The notes: generated by a model from the letters alone, not told the origin. A stretch of DNA of 64,000 nucleotides from an uncultured Planctomycetaceae bacterium (GCA_963815195.1 CAWFGE010000008.1:320001-384000), one strand, 5' to 3'. Positions 1 through 10,117 are shown, counted from the first letter of the stretch. Translations and numbers: made by a program.

Positions 1-536
1 AGACGGCTTTCGAGTTCGCCCAGAAAAACGGCTACGATGTGCTCGTGACCATCGACTGCGACGGACAGCACGAGCCCAAGTGGATTCCCGCCATTGCCGA
101 CGCGATCTATTCGCCCGAAGCCGAGGCCCCGTATGATCTTGTGTCGGGCAGCCGGTATCTGAAGCCATTCAAAGGCGACAGCAAGCCGCCCGCCGACCGC
201 CGGCGGATCAACCGGGAGATCACGCAGATTCTCAACTGTCGTCTGGGGCTCGACCTCACGGACGCGTTTTGCGGCTTCAAATCCTACCGGGTCGAAACGT
301 TGTCGGCGTTCGAGATCACGGAACTGGGCTATGCGATGCCGCTCCAACTTTGGGTGCAAGCGGTCGCGGCGGGGCTCAGGATCACGGAGTTTCCCGTGCC
401 GCTGGTGTATCTGGAAGAGGAACGCTCTTTCGGCGGCTCGTTGGATGATGCCGAGCGGCGGATGGCGTATTATGAAGAAGTCCTCGACCGCGAACTGGCC
501 GCCGCCATGCCCGAGGCCTTCGGCTGCCGGCGTTAA
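1..536 (+). CDS. Glycosyltransferase family 2 (DPM1-like), 5' part outside window
   Basis: VTIDCDGQH, DLVSGSRY and LTDAFCGFKSYR motifs typical of DPM1-like GT2; frame open to the window edge. Confidence 0.85.
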   Translation, partial: TAFEFAQKNGYDVLVTIDCDGQHEPKWIPAIADAIYSPEAEAPYDLVSGSRYLKPFKGDSKPPADRRRINREITQILNCRLGLDLTDAFCGFKSYRVETLSAFEITELGYAMPLQLWVQAVAAGLRITEFPVPLVYLEEERSFGGSLDDAERRMAYYEEVLDRELAAAMPEAFGCRR

Positions 537-562
537 AGACATCTTCAGAAAGACTGCCGCTT

Positions 563-2337
563 GTGAATCCCGCCGCTGACTTGTCGGACTGTCCGTCCTC
601 AGACACCACCCACCAATCGTGGAAAACCAGCGAAAGCTTTGCCCAAGCCGAGGCGGCGCACAATCTGTCGGTCCACGAAGCCCCGTGGGTCAAGACCCGG
701 CTTCGCATTCCGCGCGGGGATGAGATCATTTTCGCCCGGCCGGATTTGCCCGAGACGCCGGACCTCGCGCGGTCCAATCGCGATTTGCTCACCGGAGCGG
801 CCGTCGAAATCCAGGGCCGATCGCTCGCGGAACTTCGCCAATCGGCCCGGCGGGAGGTGCTCGAACTGGCGCGGCAGTACACCGCGGATCTGTCGGGCGA
901 AGCGGTGGAAATCGACGCCGCTCCCGAACTCCTGTTTTGCAGCGGGCATCAGCCGTCGCTGTTTCATCCCGGCGTGTGGATCAAGAATTTTGTGATCGAC
1001 GCGTTGGCCCATTACGCGGGGGGAACGGCACTCAATCTGGTGATCGACAACGATACCGTGGGCAGCCGGCAACTCCGCGTGCCCGCGGGCGACCGAGAAC
1101 ATCCCGCCACCGACCGCATCGCGTTCGACGATCCCCTGCCCGCGCTGCCTTGGGAAGACGCCGTCATCACGAATGTAAAGACGTTTGAACGGTTCGGGGA
1201 AGAAGCCGGCGCCGCGATGGAGCGGTGGAACATCGACCCGCTTTTGTCGTCGATGTGGCCCGACGCCGTTTCCGAGGCCCGGCGTTCGTCTTCGCTGCGG
1301 GACGCGTTCACCGCCGCCCGCATGAAGCAGGAACGCCGCTGGGGGCTGTCGAATCTGGAAATTCCCTTGAGTCGGGTCTCGGAAACGGATTCGTTTCTGT
1401 GGTTCGTCGCCGCGGTTTTGACCCGGCTCCCCAAGTTTTGGGAAATCTATAACACGGTCCTCGCGGAGTTTCGGCAGGTCAACCGCGTCCGCAGCCAAAC
1501 CCACCCGGTGCCCGCGCTCGCGGAGAATGACGGCTGGTACGAAGCCCCGTTCTGGGTCTGGTCGGAAGGCGACGCGAAACGGCTCCGCGTGATGGCGAAG
1601 GCGTGCAGCCGGGAAGTGCGACTGTCGGACGGGCGGGAGATTTTCGCCCGCCTGCCGATTTCCGCCGCGGGCGATGTCCGAGCCGCCGTGGATGTGCTCA
1701 AGCAACTGCCCGAGCGGGGCATTCGCTTCCGCACGCGGGCTTTGACGACCACATTGTTTGCGCGGTTGTGTCTCGCGGATTTGTTCGTGCACGGCATCGG
1801 CGGGGCGAAGTACGACGAGATGACCGACCGCCTGATCGCCCGGTTTTTCGGCCTCTCTGCGCGGGATTTCTGACGCTGTCCTCGACCGTGCATCTACCCT
1901 TGGGCGGACCTTTCCACGCGACCGCGGAGGAAGAGCAGCGTCTTCGGCACGAGCTCCGGGATTTGGATTATAATCCCGAACGCCATGTGCCCCGCGGAGC
2001 CAAACCGGATTGGGACGCTTTGATCGCGGAGAAGCAATCCCTGATCGTCGAGCAGCACGCCGCCGGCTCGCAGACAGGTTTAAGCCATGCCGAGCGCCGC
2101 CGCCGCAGCCGCGAAAACCATCACCGCTATCAAAGGCTGAAAACCATCACCGCGGAACTCGCCGCCCACACCGAACAACCGCGCCGGCTCTTGGAAGCCG
2201 AACTCGCCACGGTTCGGCAGCACCTCGCCGCGAATGCCATTCTCGGCGACCGCGAGTTCTCCTTCAGCCTGTATCCCGAGGAAAAACTCCACCCGTTCCT
2301 CGCCGGCCTCGGTTCGAGAATCGCTGCCAAGAGTTGA
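563..2337 (+). CDS. Conserved hypothetical protein, possibly BshC-like; split by a frameshift near 1860
   Basis: ORF 563-1873 (SGHQP..FHPGVWIKNF, HGIGGAKYD) continues in the frame of ORF 1603-2337 (FLTLSSTVHLP...REFSFSLYP). Confidence 0.6.
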
Positions 2338-2367
2338 GCGGTTCGATCGGGCCGGGTGATGTTTCAC

Positions 2368-2401
2368 CCCTCGTTCCCAAGCTGGAGCTTGGGAACGAGG
2401 G
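2368..2401. repeat. Perfect palindrome, REP-like or terminator
   Basis: CCCTCGTTCCCAAGCT-GG-AGCTTGGGAACGAGGG, 16-bp arms, just after the stop of the preceding gene. Confidence 0.75.
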
Positions 2402-2586
2402 AGAATCGCTTCGCACTGAGCCGACGGGTTCCACGGCCGGGCGACGTTTCTTCCGGACATCCGGGCGTTTCGGCATGGCATCTGCGTTTGTTTCCTACGC
2501 GGGCCAATCCGCTTCGTTTCTGTTGACGTGGGGCAACATCCCTCTGGGAATGTCGCGATTCGGCAACAGCGAACGCTCCGAATGCA

Positions 2587-2952
2587 ATGGGTTTGCCGAT
2601 GATGAAACCGACGACCAAAACCAACCGGCGAGCGGGGAGCGTGAGCCCCCTGGTTCTGTGGGCCGCAAAATTCCTTCCCTTACTGGCACTCGCCTTCCTG
2701 TTATCCGCCGAGACCGCGCAGGCACAAGATTGGATGTTCCGCCGCTCGTACTACAGCCACGCTTATCCTCCCGAATATTACGCCCAGTTTCCGCCGCCCG
2801 ACCGCCGGACCGCGTACCGCCCCGCCTTCCGCGCGACCACGCCCGGGTTTGGCATTCGCGGCGTTTACCGCTATAACCGAATTCAGTTGGGGCAGGGGCA
2901 GAATTCCGACATCACCCTCTATCGCCAAGGCTGGTTTGAAGTCCAACCGTAA
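2587..2952 (+). CDS. Small secreted hypothetical protein
   Basis: Hydrophobic signal peptide ending AQA; Tyr/Arg-rich mature part (DWMFRRSYYSH). Confidence 0.65.
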   Translation: MGLPMMKPTTKTNRRAGSVSPLVLWAAKFLPLLALAFLLSAETAQAQDWMFRRSYYSHAYPPEYYAQFPPPDRRTAYRPAFRATTPGFGIRGVYRYNRIQLGQGQNSDITLYRQGWFEVQP

Positions 2953-3027
2953 GGAAACCAAGAGGACCGGGACACGCCGCTCCGCTCTCTAAAGAACTGA
3001 ATACCGGATACGAAAAACGATAATCCC

Positions 3028-3756
3028 ATGTGGAGCGAAACGGAGATCGAAGGCAAGTCGGCGGACGTTTACGAACCCCGGCAACCCGCGGCGGAGCCTC
3101 GCGTGGTTTTGTTTCTGCACGGGCACGGGCGAGAACGGCTCCGCGACAATCCCGTGTTCACGCGGGAATTCGATCGCCACGGCCTCACCGTCGTCTGCCC
3201 CGAAGGGAAGCGCTCGTGGTGGGTGGACGAACTCTGTGCCGAGTTTGATCCCGCCGTCACGCCGCTTGCGTTTCTGCGCGACAAGGTCGTGCCGTTCATC
3301 GAAGAACGATTGGGGGCCTGTCCTCCGGCGATCGGGCTCTTGGGCGTAAGCATGGGTGGCCAGGGGGTGCTCCAGTTGGCGTACCGCGAGGCCCGGCGGT
3401 TTCCCGTGGTGGCGGCGATTTCGCCCGCGATCGATTTTTACCGCTGTTGGGGGCAGGGACTGCCGTTGGATGAGATATTCCCCTCCGCCGAGGACGCCCG
3501 CCAGGCGACCGCGATTCTCAAAATCCATCCGCTCGCCTGGCCTAAACACCAACTCCTGGTTTGCGATCCGCGGGATGAATATTGGTTCGAAAGCTCCGAG
3601 CGATTGACGCTCAAACTGCATTCCAGCGGGATCCCTTTCGAGTCGGATTTTCAAACTTCCGCAGGCGGCCATAGCTGGAAGTACTTCAACAAGATGGCCG
3701 AGCCGGTGGTGAAATTCCTCGCCGACCGCCTCGAGCAGGAAAGCCAGCGGCTGTGA
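3028..3756 (+). CDS. Alpha/beta-hydrolase, putative esterase
   Basis: LFLHG, GVSMGG nucleophile elbow, GGHSWKYF catalytic His. Confidence 0.85.
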   Translation: MWSETEIEGKSADVYEPRQPAAEPRVVLFLHGHGRERLRDNPVFTREFDRHGLTVVCPEGKRSWWVDELCAEFDPAVTPLAFLRDKVVPFIEERLGACPPAIGLLGVSMGGQGVLQLAYREARRFPVVAAISPAIDFYRCWGQGLPLDEIFPSAEDARQATAILKIHPLAWPKHQLLVCDPRDEYWFESSERLTLKLHSSGIPFESDFQTSAGGHSWKYFNKMAEPVVKFLADRLEQESQRL

Positions 3757-3846
3757 ATGGCCGAGTCGCTTGTGCCCGCTCCGCCCGTGTGTTACGACCG
3801 ATACAGGACAACTCAAACGACACAAACCGCGGTTGGAATAGATCAC

Positions 3847-4905
3847 ATGACGGACAAGACGAACAAATCCCTCGCCCACCGCGTTTGCGCATTGCTGTGG
3901 GGTGCGACTTTGATGAGCGTTCTGGGATGCGGCGAAGAGCCGAAACCGGAATCCGCTGCCGGCTCGACAAACACGCGGTCTTCGCTGGACCGCGTGGCTC
4001 CCGTGGACTCGGCTCCCGAGGACATCGAAGCCGATCTGCGGGAAAAGCTGGGGGCCAACCAGAAAGCCTCGTTCCAGCAAAAAGACGGCCGGATCAACGT
4101 GGCCGTGCTGGGCGATTCCGGCGTGAAGGACCTGGCTCCGCTCAAAGGATTGAAGCTCGAGATCCTGCAAATCGCGCGATTGCCCATCTCCGATTTGTCG
4201 CCTTTGGAGGGCATGCCCCTCGAATTTCTGGAAGCCCCGATCACCAACGTGAAGGACCTGTCGCCGCTCCGGGGCATGCCGCTGAAGTTTCTGGACTTAA
4301 GGCACACGCGGGTGGAAGATCTTTCGCCGCTCAAGGGGAGGACCACTCTGCGGGAACTCTATCTTGAAGAAACCCGCGTGACCGATTTGAGTCCGCTCCA
4401 AGGGATTCCGCTTCAAAAACTGTATCTCAGCAAGACGTCGGTCCGCGATCTCTCGCCGCTGGCGGGCATGAATCTCGAGGAATTGAACCTGGTGGGCACG
4501 GAGCTCGAGTCGATCGAGGGCTTGGAGACCGCCGGCTTGGGCACGCTGTGGCTCAACGAGACCCAGGTGAAGTCCTTGGCACCGTTGACCGGCAAGCCGA
4601 TGGTCAGCCTGGATGTGACGGACACCCCGATTTCCGATCTGGGTCCGTTACATGGAATGTCTTCGCTTCGGCGGCTGAACATCATCGGTACCGAGGTGAC
4701 GGATCTCACGCCGTTGGCGGGGTTGTCGCTGGATCGGCTGCTGTTTACGCCGCAAAACATCACGAAAGGCATCGAGGTCGTCCGCAACATGCCGTCGCTT
4801 AAGGAACTCGATACGACGTTCCGCGAGCCGAAGCGCCTCACCCCCGACGCGTTTTGGCGGCAATACGACCAAGGCGCGTTCCGCGCCCCACCGGAGAAGC
4901 CTTAA
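3847..4905 (+). CDS. Internalin-like leucine-rich-repeat lipoprotein
   Basis: Lipobox LMSVLGC; repeated ~21-22 aa units such as LxxLxLxxTxVxDLSPL. Confidence 0.85.
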   Translation: MTDKTNKSLAHRVCALLWGATLMSVLGCGEEPKPESAAGSTNTRSSLDRVAPVDSAPEDIEADLREKLGANQKASFQQKDGRINVAVLGDSGVKDLAPLKGLKLEILQIARLPISDLSPLEGMPLEFLEAPITNVKDLSPLRGMPLKFLDLRHTRVEDLSPLKGRTTLRELYLEETRVTDLSPLQGIPLQKLYLSKTSVRDLSPLAGMNLEELNLVGTELESIEGLETAGLGTLWLNETQVKSLAPLTGKPMVSLDVTDTPISDLGPLHGMSSLRRLNIIGTEVTDLTPLAGLSLDRLLFTPQNITKGIEVVRNMPSLKELDTTFREPKRLTPDAFWRQYDQGAFRAPPEKP

Positions 4906-4922
4906 ATCATTGGAATCGGCCC

Positions 4923-5246
4923 TTAGTGGACCGGATGTTCGATGGGGAACTCGTCGGAGGGCGACTCTGAGGTTTCCGCGTCCTCCGAAATCGCATCGTC
5001 TTCCGTCCCCTCGGTCGATTCATCATACGATGCATTGAACAATCGCTCCCCGACGTGGAAATGCAGATACCGCGAGTCCACGACGCGGCACTCGATCTGG
5101 CAGCCCGCCTGCCGGAGGATTTCCAAGTCCCGCCACAACGTGCGAACCGTCACCCCCAACTCCCGGGCGGCGGTCTGGAGATGCAGACCATCCGCGGCGA
5201 GGCGGTTATCGAGCGCAATCAACCTTGGGAGACGCTTGGTGTCCAT
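4923..5246 (-). CDS. Small HTH (HTH_11/DeoR-like) DNA-binding protein with acidic tail
   Basis: AARELGVTVRTLWRDLEILRQAG helix-turn-helix. Confidence 0.7.
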   Translation of the reverse strand: MDTKRLPRLIALDNRLAADGLHLQTAARELGVTVRTLWRDLEILRQAGCQIECRVVDSRYLHFHVGERLFNASYDESTEGTEDDAISEDAETSESPSDEFPIEHPVH

Positions 5247-5382
5247 ACCACTTTAGTCGTTGCCGGGCGGAGGAACCGGGCAAGAATTTTCCAAGTTTTC
5301 CGCCCGAGCCGCGCAATCGATGCAACCCCAATGGATTCAAGCGTTTAGAACTGGGGTCAATTCGGCTGGATATAGTCAAACG

Positions 5383-7146
5383 TTATGGACACCCAGTCAC
5401 CATAAAGGTATTGACCGGTGTTCGGATCAAATTCGCAGGCCCGGACATTGATGGTGACTTGCCCGTAGCTGATCGTTGCTGGAGGGATCGTATTGCGAAG
5501 GATGCCATCGGAGATTGACGATCGTATAGTCGTCCGGATTCGCCGTCGCCGTCGAAGTCGAACTCCGCATCGACATAATCCATGCTGCCGTCGTTGGTCA
5601 TCATCCCCGTTAGGGTGGGATCCGTGGTTACATTATCCCCGGCCATGCCGGTGTCATTGAGCAGGCTCACGCTGGAGACCGTCGCCGGATTGTTCGCGGG
5701 CGCTTTGTATGTGAACGAGATCGGCACCCAGTCACCATAAAGGTATTGACCGGTCTTCGGATCAAATTCGCAGGCCCGGACATTGATGGTGACTTGACCG
5801 TAGCTGATGTTGCTGGAGGGATCGTATTCGAAGGATCCATCGAGATTGACGACGGTGTAGTCATCCGGATTGCCGTCGCCGTCGAAGTCGAACTCCGCAT
5901 CGACATAATCCATGCTGCCGTCGTTGGTCATCATCCCCGTTAGGGTGGGATCCGTGGTTACATTATCCCCGGCCGTGCCGGTGTCATTGAGCAGGCTCAC
6001 GCTGGAGACCGTCGCCGGATTGTTCGCGGGCGCTTCGTATGTGAACGAGATCGGCACCCAGTCACCATAAAGGTATTGACCGGTGTTCGGATCAAATTCG
6101 CAGGCCCGGACATTGATGGTGACTTGACCGTAGCTGATGTTGCTGGAGGGATCGTATTCGAAGGATCCATCGAGATTGACGACGGTGTAGTCATCCGGAT
6201 TGCCGTCGCCGTCGAAGTCGAACTCCGCATCGACATAATCCATGCTGCCGTCGTTGGTCATCATCCCCGTTAGGGTGGGATCCGTGGTTACATTATCCCC
6301 GGCCGTGCCGGTGTCATTGAGCAGGCTCACGCTGGAGACCGTCGCCGGATTGTTCGCGGGCGCTTCGTATGTGAACGAGATCGGCACCCAGTCACCATAA
6401 AGGTATTGGCCGGTGTTCGGATCAAATTCGCAGGCCCGGACATTGATGGTGACTTGACCGTAGCTGATGTTGCTGGAGGGATCGTATTCGAAGGATCCAT
6501 CGAGATTGACGACGGTGTAGTCATCCGGATTGCCGTCGCCGTCGAAGTCGAACTCCGCATCGACGAAGTCCATGCCGCCGTCGTTGGTCATCACCCCGGT
6601 TAGTGTGGGATCCGTGGTCACATTGTCGCCCGCTGTGCCGGTGTCGTTGAGCAGACTCACGCTCGACACGGCGGCCGGCGCATTGGTGTTGTTCGGGTCC
6701 TCGTAGGTGAAGCTGATGGAGACCCAATCGCTGAAGGAGTATTGCCCGGTTTGCGGATCGACGTCGGCGGCCCGCACATCGATTGTGACTTGTCCATAAC
6801 TGAGGAAGTTAGAGGGGTCGTATTCGAAACCGCCGGCGCTGTCGCAGTAGGTGTAGTCGTCTCCGTTGCCGTCGCCGTCGAAATCGAACTCCGCGTAAAC
6901 GGGAATTAAATTGCCGTCCGTGGAAAGCGAGCCGGCGAGGCTGGGATCGGTGGTCACATCGTCGCCGGCCGTCCCGGTGTCGTTTTGGAGGTTCACGCTG
7001 GGCATGGGGGCCACAGCCGACAAATACAACCGGTATTCCAGCGTTTCGACCGAGAGCCGGGTCCGCACACATCGGCGGCGTGATGAGACACCACCATTTC
7101 CGAAAGTGAGCGCCCGAAACACAGCCAGCCAATTGGGAATCCGCAT
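5383..7146 (-). CDS. Planctomycete secreted protein with LEPRxLL-type leader and ~5 tandem 110-aa Ig-like/Ca-binding repeats; 3' end degenerate or truncated
   Basis: Arg-rich leader plus VETLEYRLYLS; repeat LLNDTGTAGDNVTTDPTLTG...DFDGDGNPDD; frame breaks in the last unit. Confidence 0.75.
   Translation of the reverse strand: MRIPNWLAVFRALTFGNGGVSSRRRCVRTRLSVETLEYRLYLSAVAPMPSVNLQNDTGTAGDDVTTDPSLAGSLSTDGNLIPVYAEFDFDGDGNGDDYTYCDSAGGFEYDPSNFLSYGQVTIDVRAADVDPQTGQYSFSDWVSISFTYEDPNNTNAPAAVSSVSLLNDTGTAGDNVTTDPTLTGVMTNDGGMDFVDAEFDFDGDGNPDDYTVVNLDGSFEYDPSSNISYGQVTINVRACEFDPNTGQYLYGDWVPISFTYEAPANNPATVSSVSLLNDTGTAGDNVTTDPTLTGMMTNDGSMDYVDAEFDFDGDGNPDDYTVVNLDGSFEYDPSSNISYGQVTINVRACEFDPNTGQYLYGDWVPISFTYEAPANNPATVSSVSLLNDTGTAGDNVTTDPTLTGMMTNDGSMDYVDAEFDFDGDGNPDDYTVVNLDGSFEYDPSSNISYGQVTINVRACEFDPKTGQYLYGDWVPISFTYKAPANNPATVSSVSLLNDTGMAGDNVTTDPTLTGMMTNDGSMDYVDAEFDFDGDGESGRLYDRQSPMASFAIRSLQQRSATGKSPSMSGPANLIRTPVNTFMVTGCP
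5390..7000. repeat. Tandem ~330-bp coding repeat, about 5 units, central units nearly identical
   Basis: CACCCAGTCACCATAAAGGTATTG recurs at 5390, 5725, 6055 and 6385; diverged copy at ~6721. Confidence 0.95.
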
Positions 7147-7343
7147 AGGTTATCTCCGCAATGAACAACAGATCGGTCGTGAAACACTACCTTTCGGTTG
7201 TCGTTGCGGAGAAAAGAATTCCCGGCGGGAAGTCGAGAGCGGCGGGGGCGAGGTTCAAATGCAGCGGATTTAACGCGTGACACGCCGGTCAAAAACCTCG
7301 CCCCACATGGTGCGGTTTTCCGACGTTCAAGTTGGCATTGCGT

Positions 7344-9368
7344 TCAGAATTGCTGCGAAAAGCGTTTGGGAATTGCCGTGGGCAGCGAGTAGACAATTCC
7401 CGTTGCGGGCGAGCACACTGGAATGTTCAATTCCAAGTCCGGAGCGAGGTCAGGCTCGGCTTGTTTGATCGAAAGCAGCGGTTCCGATCGATTCGCTTCG
7501 GGCAAGATATATCCGACAGCCAGCGCTTTCGGTTTGGCGAGTCCGCGGGCGAGCGCGAACTGCGTGTGCTGCGTGACGCGCCGGAACCAGTTATCGTGAC
7601 TTTTGCCGTCAGTGAGTCTCACTTCCAATGCGTTCAAAATAGCCGACACATGGTAAAGCTCAGCGTTTTGGGCGTTGAGGGGAATCGCTTTCCGCACGAG
7701 CAGCGTGGCGTAGCGAAGTCTTTCCGCATCGGGCGAGTTCTGTTGCAGGCAGGATAAGCTTTCCGCCGCGGCCTGATTGATGGCCGAGGTGCTATTGAGT
7801 CCCACGTCCGGAAGCAGCGCGTCCAAAAGGTCCCCGGCTTTGTCGAATTGACCGTCCATCAAAAGACAAAACGCAATCGAGTGTTTCACCTTCAAATACT
7901 GCTCCTTCTCCAGCGTCCGGTTTTTCAATTCCTGTTCCAAAACCTGCTCGTAGAAAACCTGGGCCTCGGCAAACCGCCCCTGCTTTTCCGCCTCGAACGC
8001 CTTCCCCAGAAGTTGAGCGACCGAGAGCTCGGGCGGAGCCGGCACAACCTCGGGAGCGGGATGCTCAGGTTTTTCCGTCCCGGCTGGCGAATCCACAGGC
8101 TCCGGCGAATTGGAAAACATCCCCGTGAGCGAAAAACCCCCAGCGATTGCCCAACCCGCGGCAGCGGTCAGGAGGATTCTCCCCACCCAGGACGACCGCG
8201 GCCGGGCGATCGCGCGCCGGCAGGCCGCCAACTGCTCCGAAAACGCTTTGGCGGTGGGCATGCGATCGTCGGGATCAAACGCCAGAGCCCGCAGCAAGGT
8301 GGACCGGAGCGGTTCGGGAATCGGAGGCTCCCGGCGGAGAAAGGCCTGCCGTTCTTCCAAAGCGGCTTCGAGCGCCTGATTCAACCGCGGCCGGGAATCC
8401 GCGCCGATGGAAAACGGGGGCTCGCCCGTCGCCAGGTGATACAGCGTGGCACCCAGGCAAAACACGTCCGTCTTCTCGGTGATGGAAGCGGTGTGGTCGC
8501 CCGCGGCCAGCCGGAGTTGCTCGGGGGCCATGTACATCAACGTGCCGCCCACCAGATGGCTTTGCTCCCGGTGGTCCCGCGAGAGATTGAAATCCAAAAG
8601 CAACGGCTCGCCGTCGTGGGTGATTAAGATGTTCGAAGGCTTCACGTCGCAGTGCAGCACGTCGTGCTCGTGAGCGAACCTGAGCCCCTGGCAAACGCCG
8701 AGCCCGATGTCAATCACGGATTGGAGATGCGGAACGGACTTGAGCCGCCGCGAATCGGGCTTCTTGAACCGGGCGCGGATCCAGTCGGCGCCGGTGGTGC
8801 GTCCGAGGTACGGCATGCACAGCGCGGACAGCCGGACCACCTCGTCGGTTGTGATGGAATACACGGGAACGATATTCGGGTGATCGAGCAGGCCGAGCAT
8901 CGTGGCTTCCGCCGCCCCCCTCTCGGAGACTTTGACGACGACTTGCCGGTTCCCCAGTTCCACTTCCCGCGCCAAGAACACCCGCGAGAACGCGCCTTTG
9001 CCGATCTCCTCCTCGAGCTGAAAACCCAGAAACATATCGCCCGGGGCGGGCCAATGGGATTCCGATTCGCTCTCGGAAAACAGCGAGTGGCCCATCACGA
9101 ACGAGTGCACCTCGAGGACTTTGATGAGGGACTCTTCGATTTCGGGAAACCGCGCGGCAAACTGCTTCGGGTCGACGGCATCGCCCCGGTCCCGCGTTTG
9201 GCAGTATTCCTCGTAAGCCAAATCCACGAGGGCGGAATGATCGTTTTGGAGTTCCGGATGCCGAGCCAGAATGTCCCGCGCAAAAAACGGCTCCGTCGGG
9301 GGTGCCGAGGAAACCGCCCGGCGAACTCGTTCATCTCGGAACGTGCTGAACGACGGCTGAATCATCAC
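7344..9368 (-). CDS. Ser/Thr protein kinase with TM segment and C-terminal TPR-like region
   Basis: IGKGAFSRV, VVVK, HCDVKPSNIL, DFN (variant DFG), GTLMYMAPEQ, DVFCLG. Confidence 0.9.
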   Translation of the reverse strand: MMIQPSFSTFRDERVRRAVSSAPPTEPFFARDILARHPELQNDHSALVDLAYEEYCQTRDRGDAVDPKQFAARFPEIEESLIKVLEVHSFVMGHSLFSESESESHWPAPGDMFLGFQLEEEIGKGAFSRVFLAREVELGNRQVVVKVSERGAAEATMLGLLDHPNIVPVYSITTDEVVRLSALCMPYLGRTTGADWIRARFKKPDSRRLKSVPHLQSVIDIGLGVCQGLRFAHEHDVLHCDVKPSNILITHDGEPLLLDFNLSRDHREQSHLVGGTLMYMAPEQLRLAAGDHTASITEKTDVFCLGATLYHLATGEPPFSIGADSRPRLNQALEAALEERQAFLRREPPIPEPLRSTLLRALAFDPDDRMPTAKAFSEQLAACRRAIARPRSSWVGRILLTAAAGWAIAGGFSLTGMFSNSPEPVDSPAGTEKPEHPAPEVVPAPPELSVAQLLGKAFEAEKQGRFAEAQVFYEQVLEQELKNRTLEKEQYLKVKHSIAFCLLMDGQFDKAGDLLDALLPDVGLNSTSAINQAAAESLSCLQQNSPDAERLRYATLLVRKAIPLNAQNAELYHVSAILNALEVRLTDGKSHDNWFRRVTQHTQFALARGLAKPKALAVGYILPEANRSEPLLSIKQAEPDLAPDLELNIPVCSPATGIVYSLPTAIPKRFSQQF

Positions 9369-9944
9369 TCATGACTCCGCGATCTTTCGCTTCAGTTTCG
9401 CAAACACCCGCCGAACGGTCCGCTCGTGAAGTCCGCCCTGCTCGGCAATCGCGTCAAACGTCATTCCCCGCAAGCGGCAATCGATCATCCATTGCAGGTC
9501 GGGGGGAATCTCCGTTTGGAGACGTTCGAGCTCTTCATCGGCCATCAGGTATTGGCTGGCGGTCGTCTCCGTCATCGGGGCTTGCGGATTATGCGAACCC
9601 TCCGCGGGGAGGGACACTTCGCGGTTCAGATTCCTGCGCTGGACCTGCGTGTGCGCTCTCCGCTCGTCAATGACTTTGTGAAATGCAATCTGTGTCAGAA
9701 GCGCGACGAGCTGCGCTTCGTTCTCGATGTCGCGAAAGGCGGTGGATTTCACCAACAGCGTGGCCCAAACGGCTTGGACGAAATCCTCGGAGTCAAATCG
9801 AATCCGCATCTTTTGGCCCAGATGCCGGCGCACGACGCGCAGAATATGCCGGCCGTATCGTTTGACCAACTCCTGGACCGCCCGCTCGTGTTTGTGTTCG
9901 AGACTCTCGATGAGTTCGGCGAACGTTAGATTGTCATCATTCAT
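9369..9944 (-). CDS. ECF-type RNA polymerase sigma factor, coupled to the downstream kinase
   Basis: DSEDFVQAVW region 2; HTH IAEQGGLHERTVRR; stop abuts the kinase start. Confidence 0.85.
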   Translation of the reverse strand: MNDDNLTFAELIESLEHKHERAVQELVKRYGRHILRVVRRHLGQKMRIRFDSEDFVQAVWATLLVKSTAFRDIENEAQLVALLTQIAFHKVIDERRAHTQVQRRNLNREVSLPAEGSHNPQAPMTETTASQYLMADEELERLQTEIPPDLQWMIDCRLRGMTFDAIAEQGGLHERTVRRVFAKLKRKIAES

Positions 9945-10117
9945 CTCGGTTCTCCCAGCCGGGGCACCTTGGGGTTCCCAACAATCCAGCGTAACCAAAT
10001 CGGCCAGTATTTTCACCTATAATTCCTAGGCGCATTTTAGGAATAATTCCTAAATCCCATTAGACCAATCCCCTAGTTCAGTATGAATGCCCATTCAGGA
10101 GACATCGCGGAATCGTT

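Noticed and set aside
5390..7000. 330-bp repeats as CRISPR or DGR template/variable repeats
   Set aside because: In-frame coding repeats with no spacers, no adenine-specific variation and no reverse transcriptase in the window
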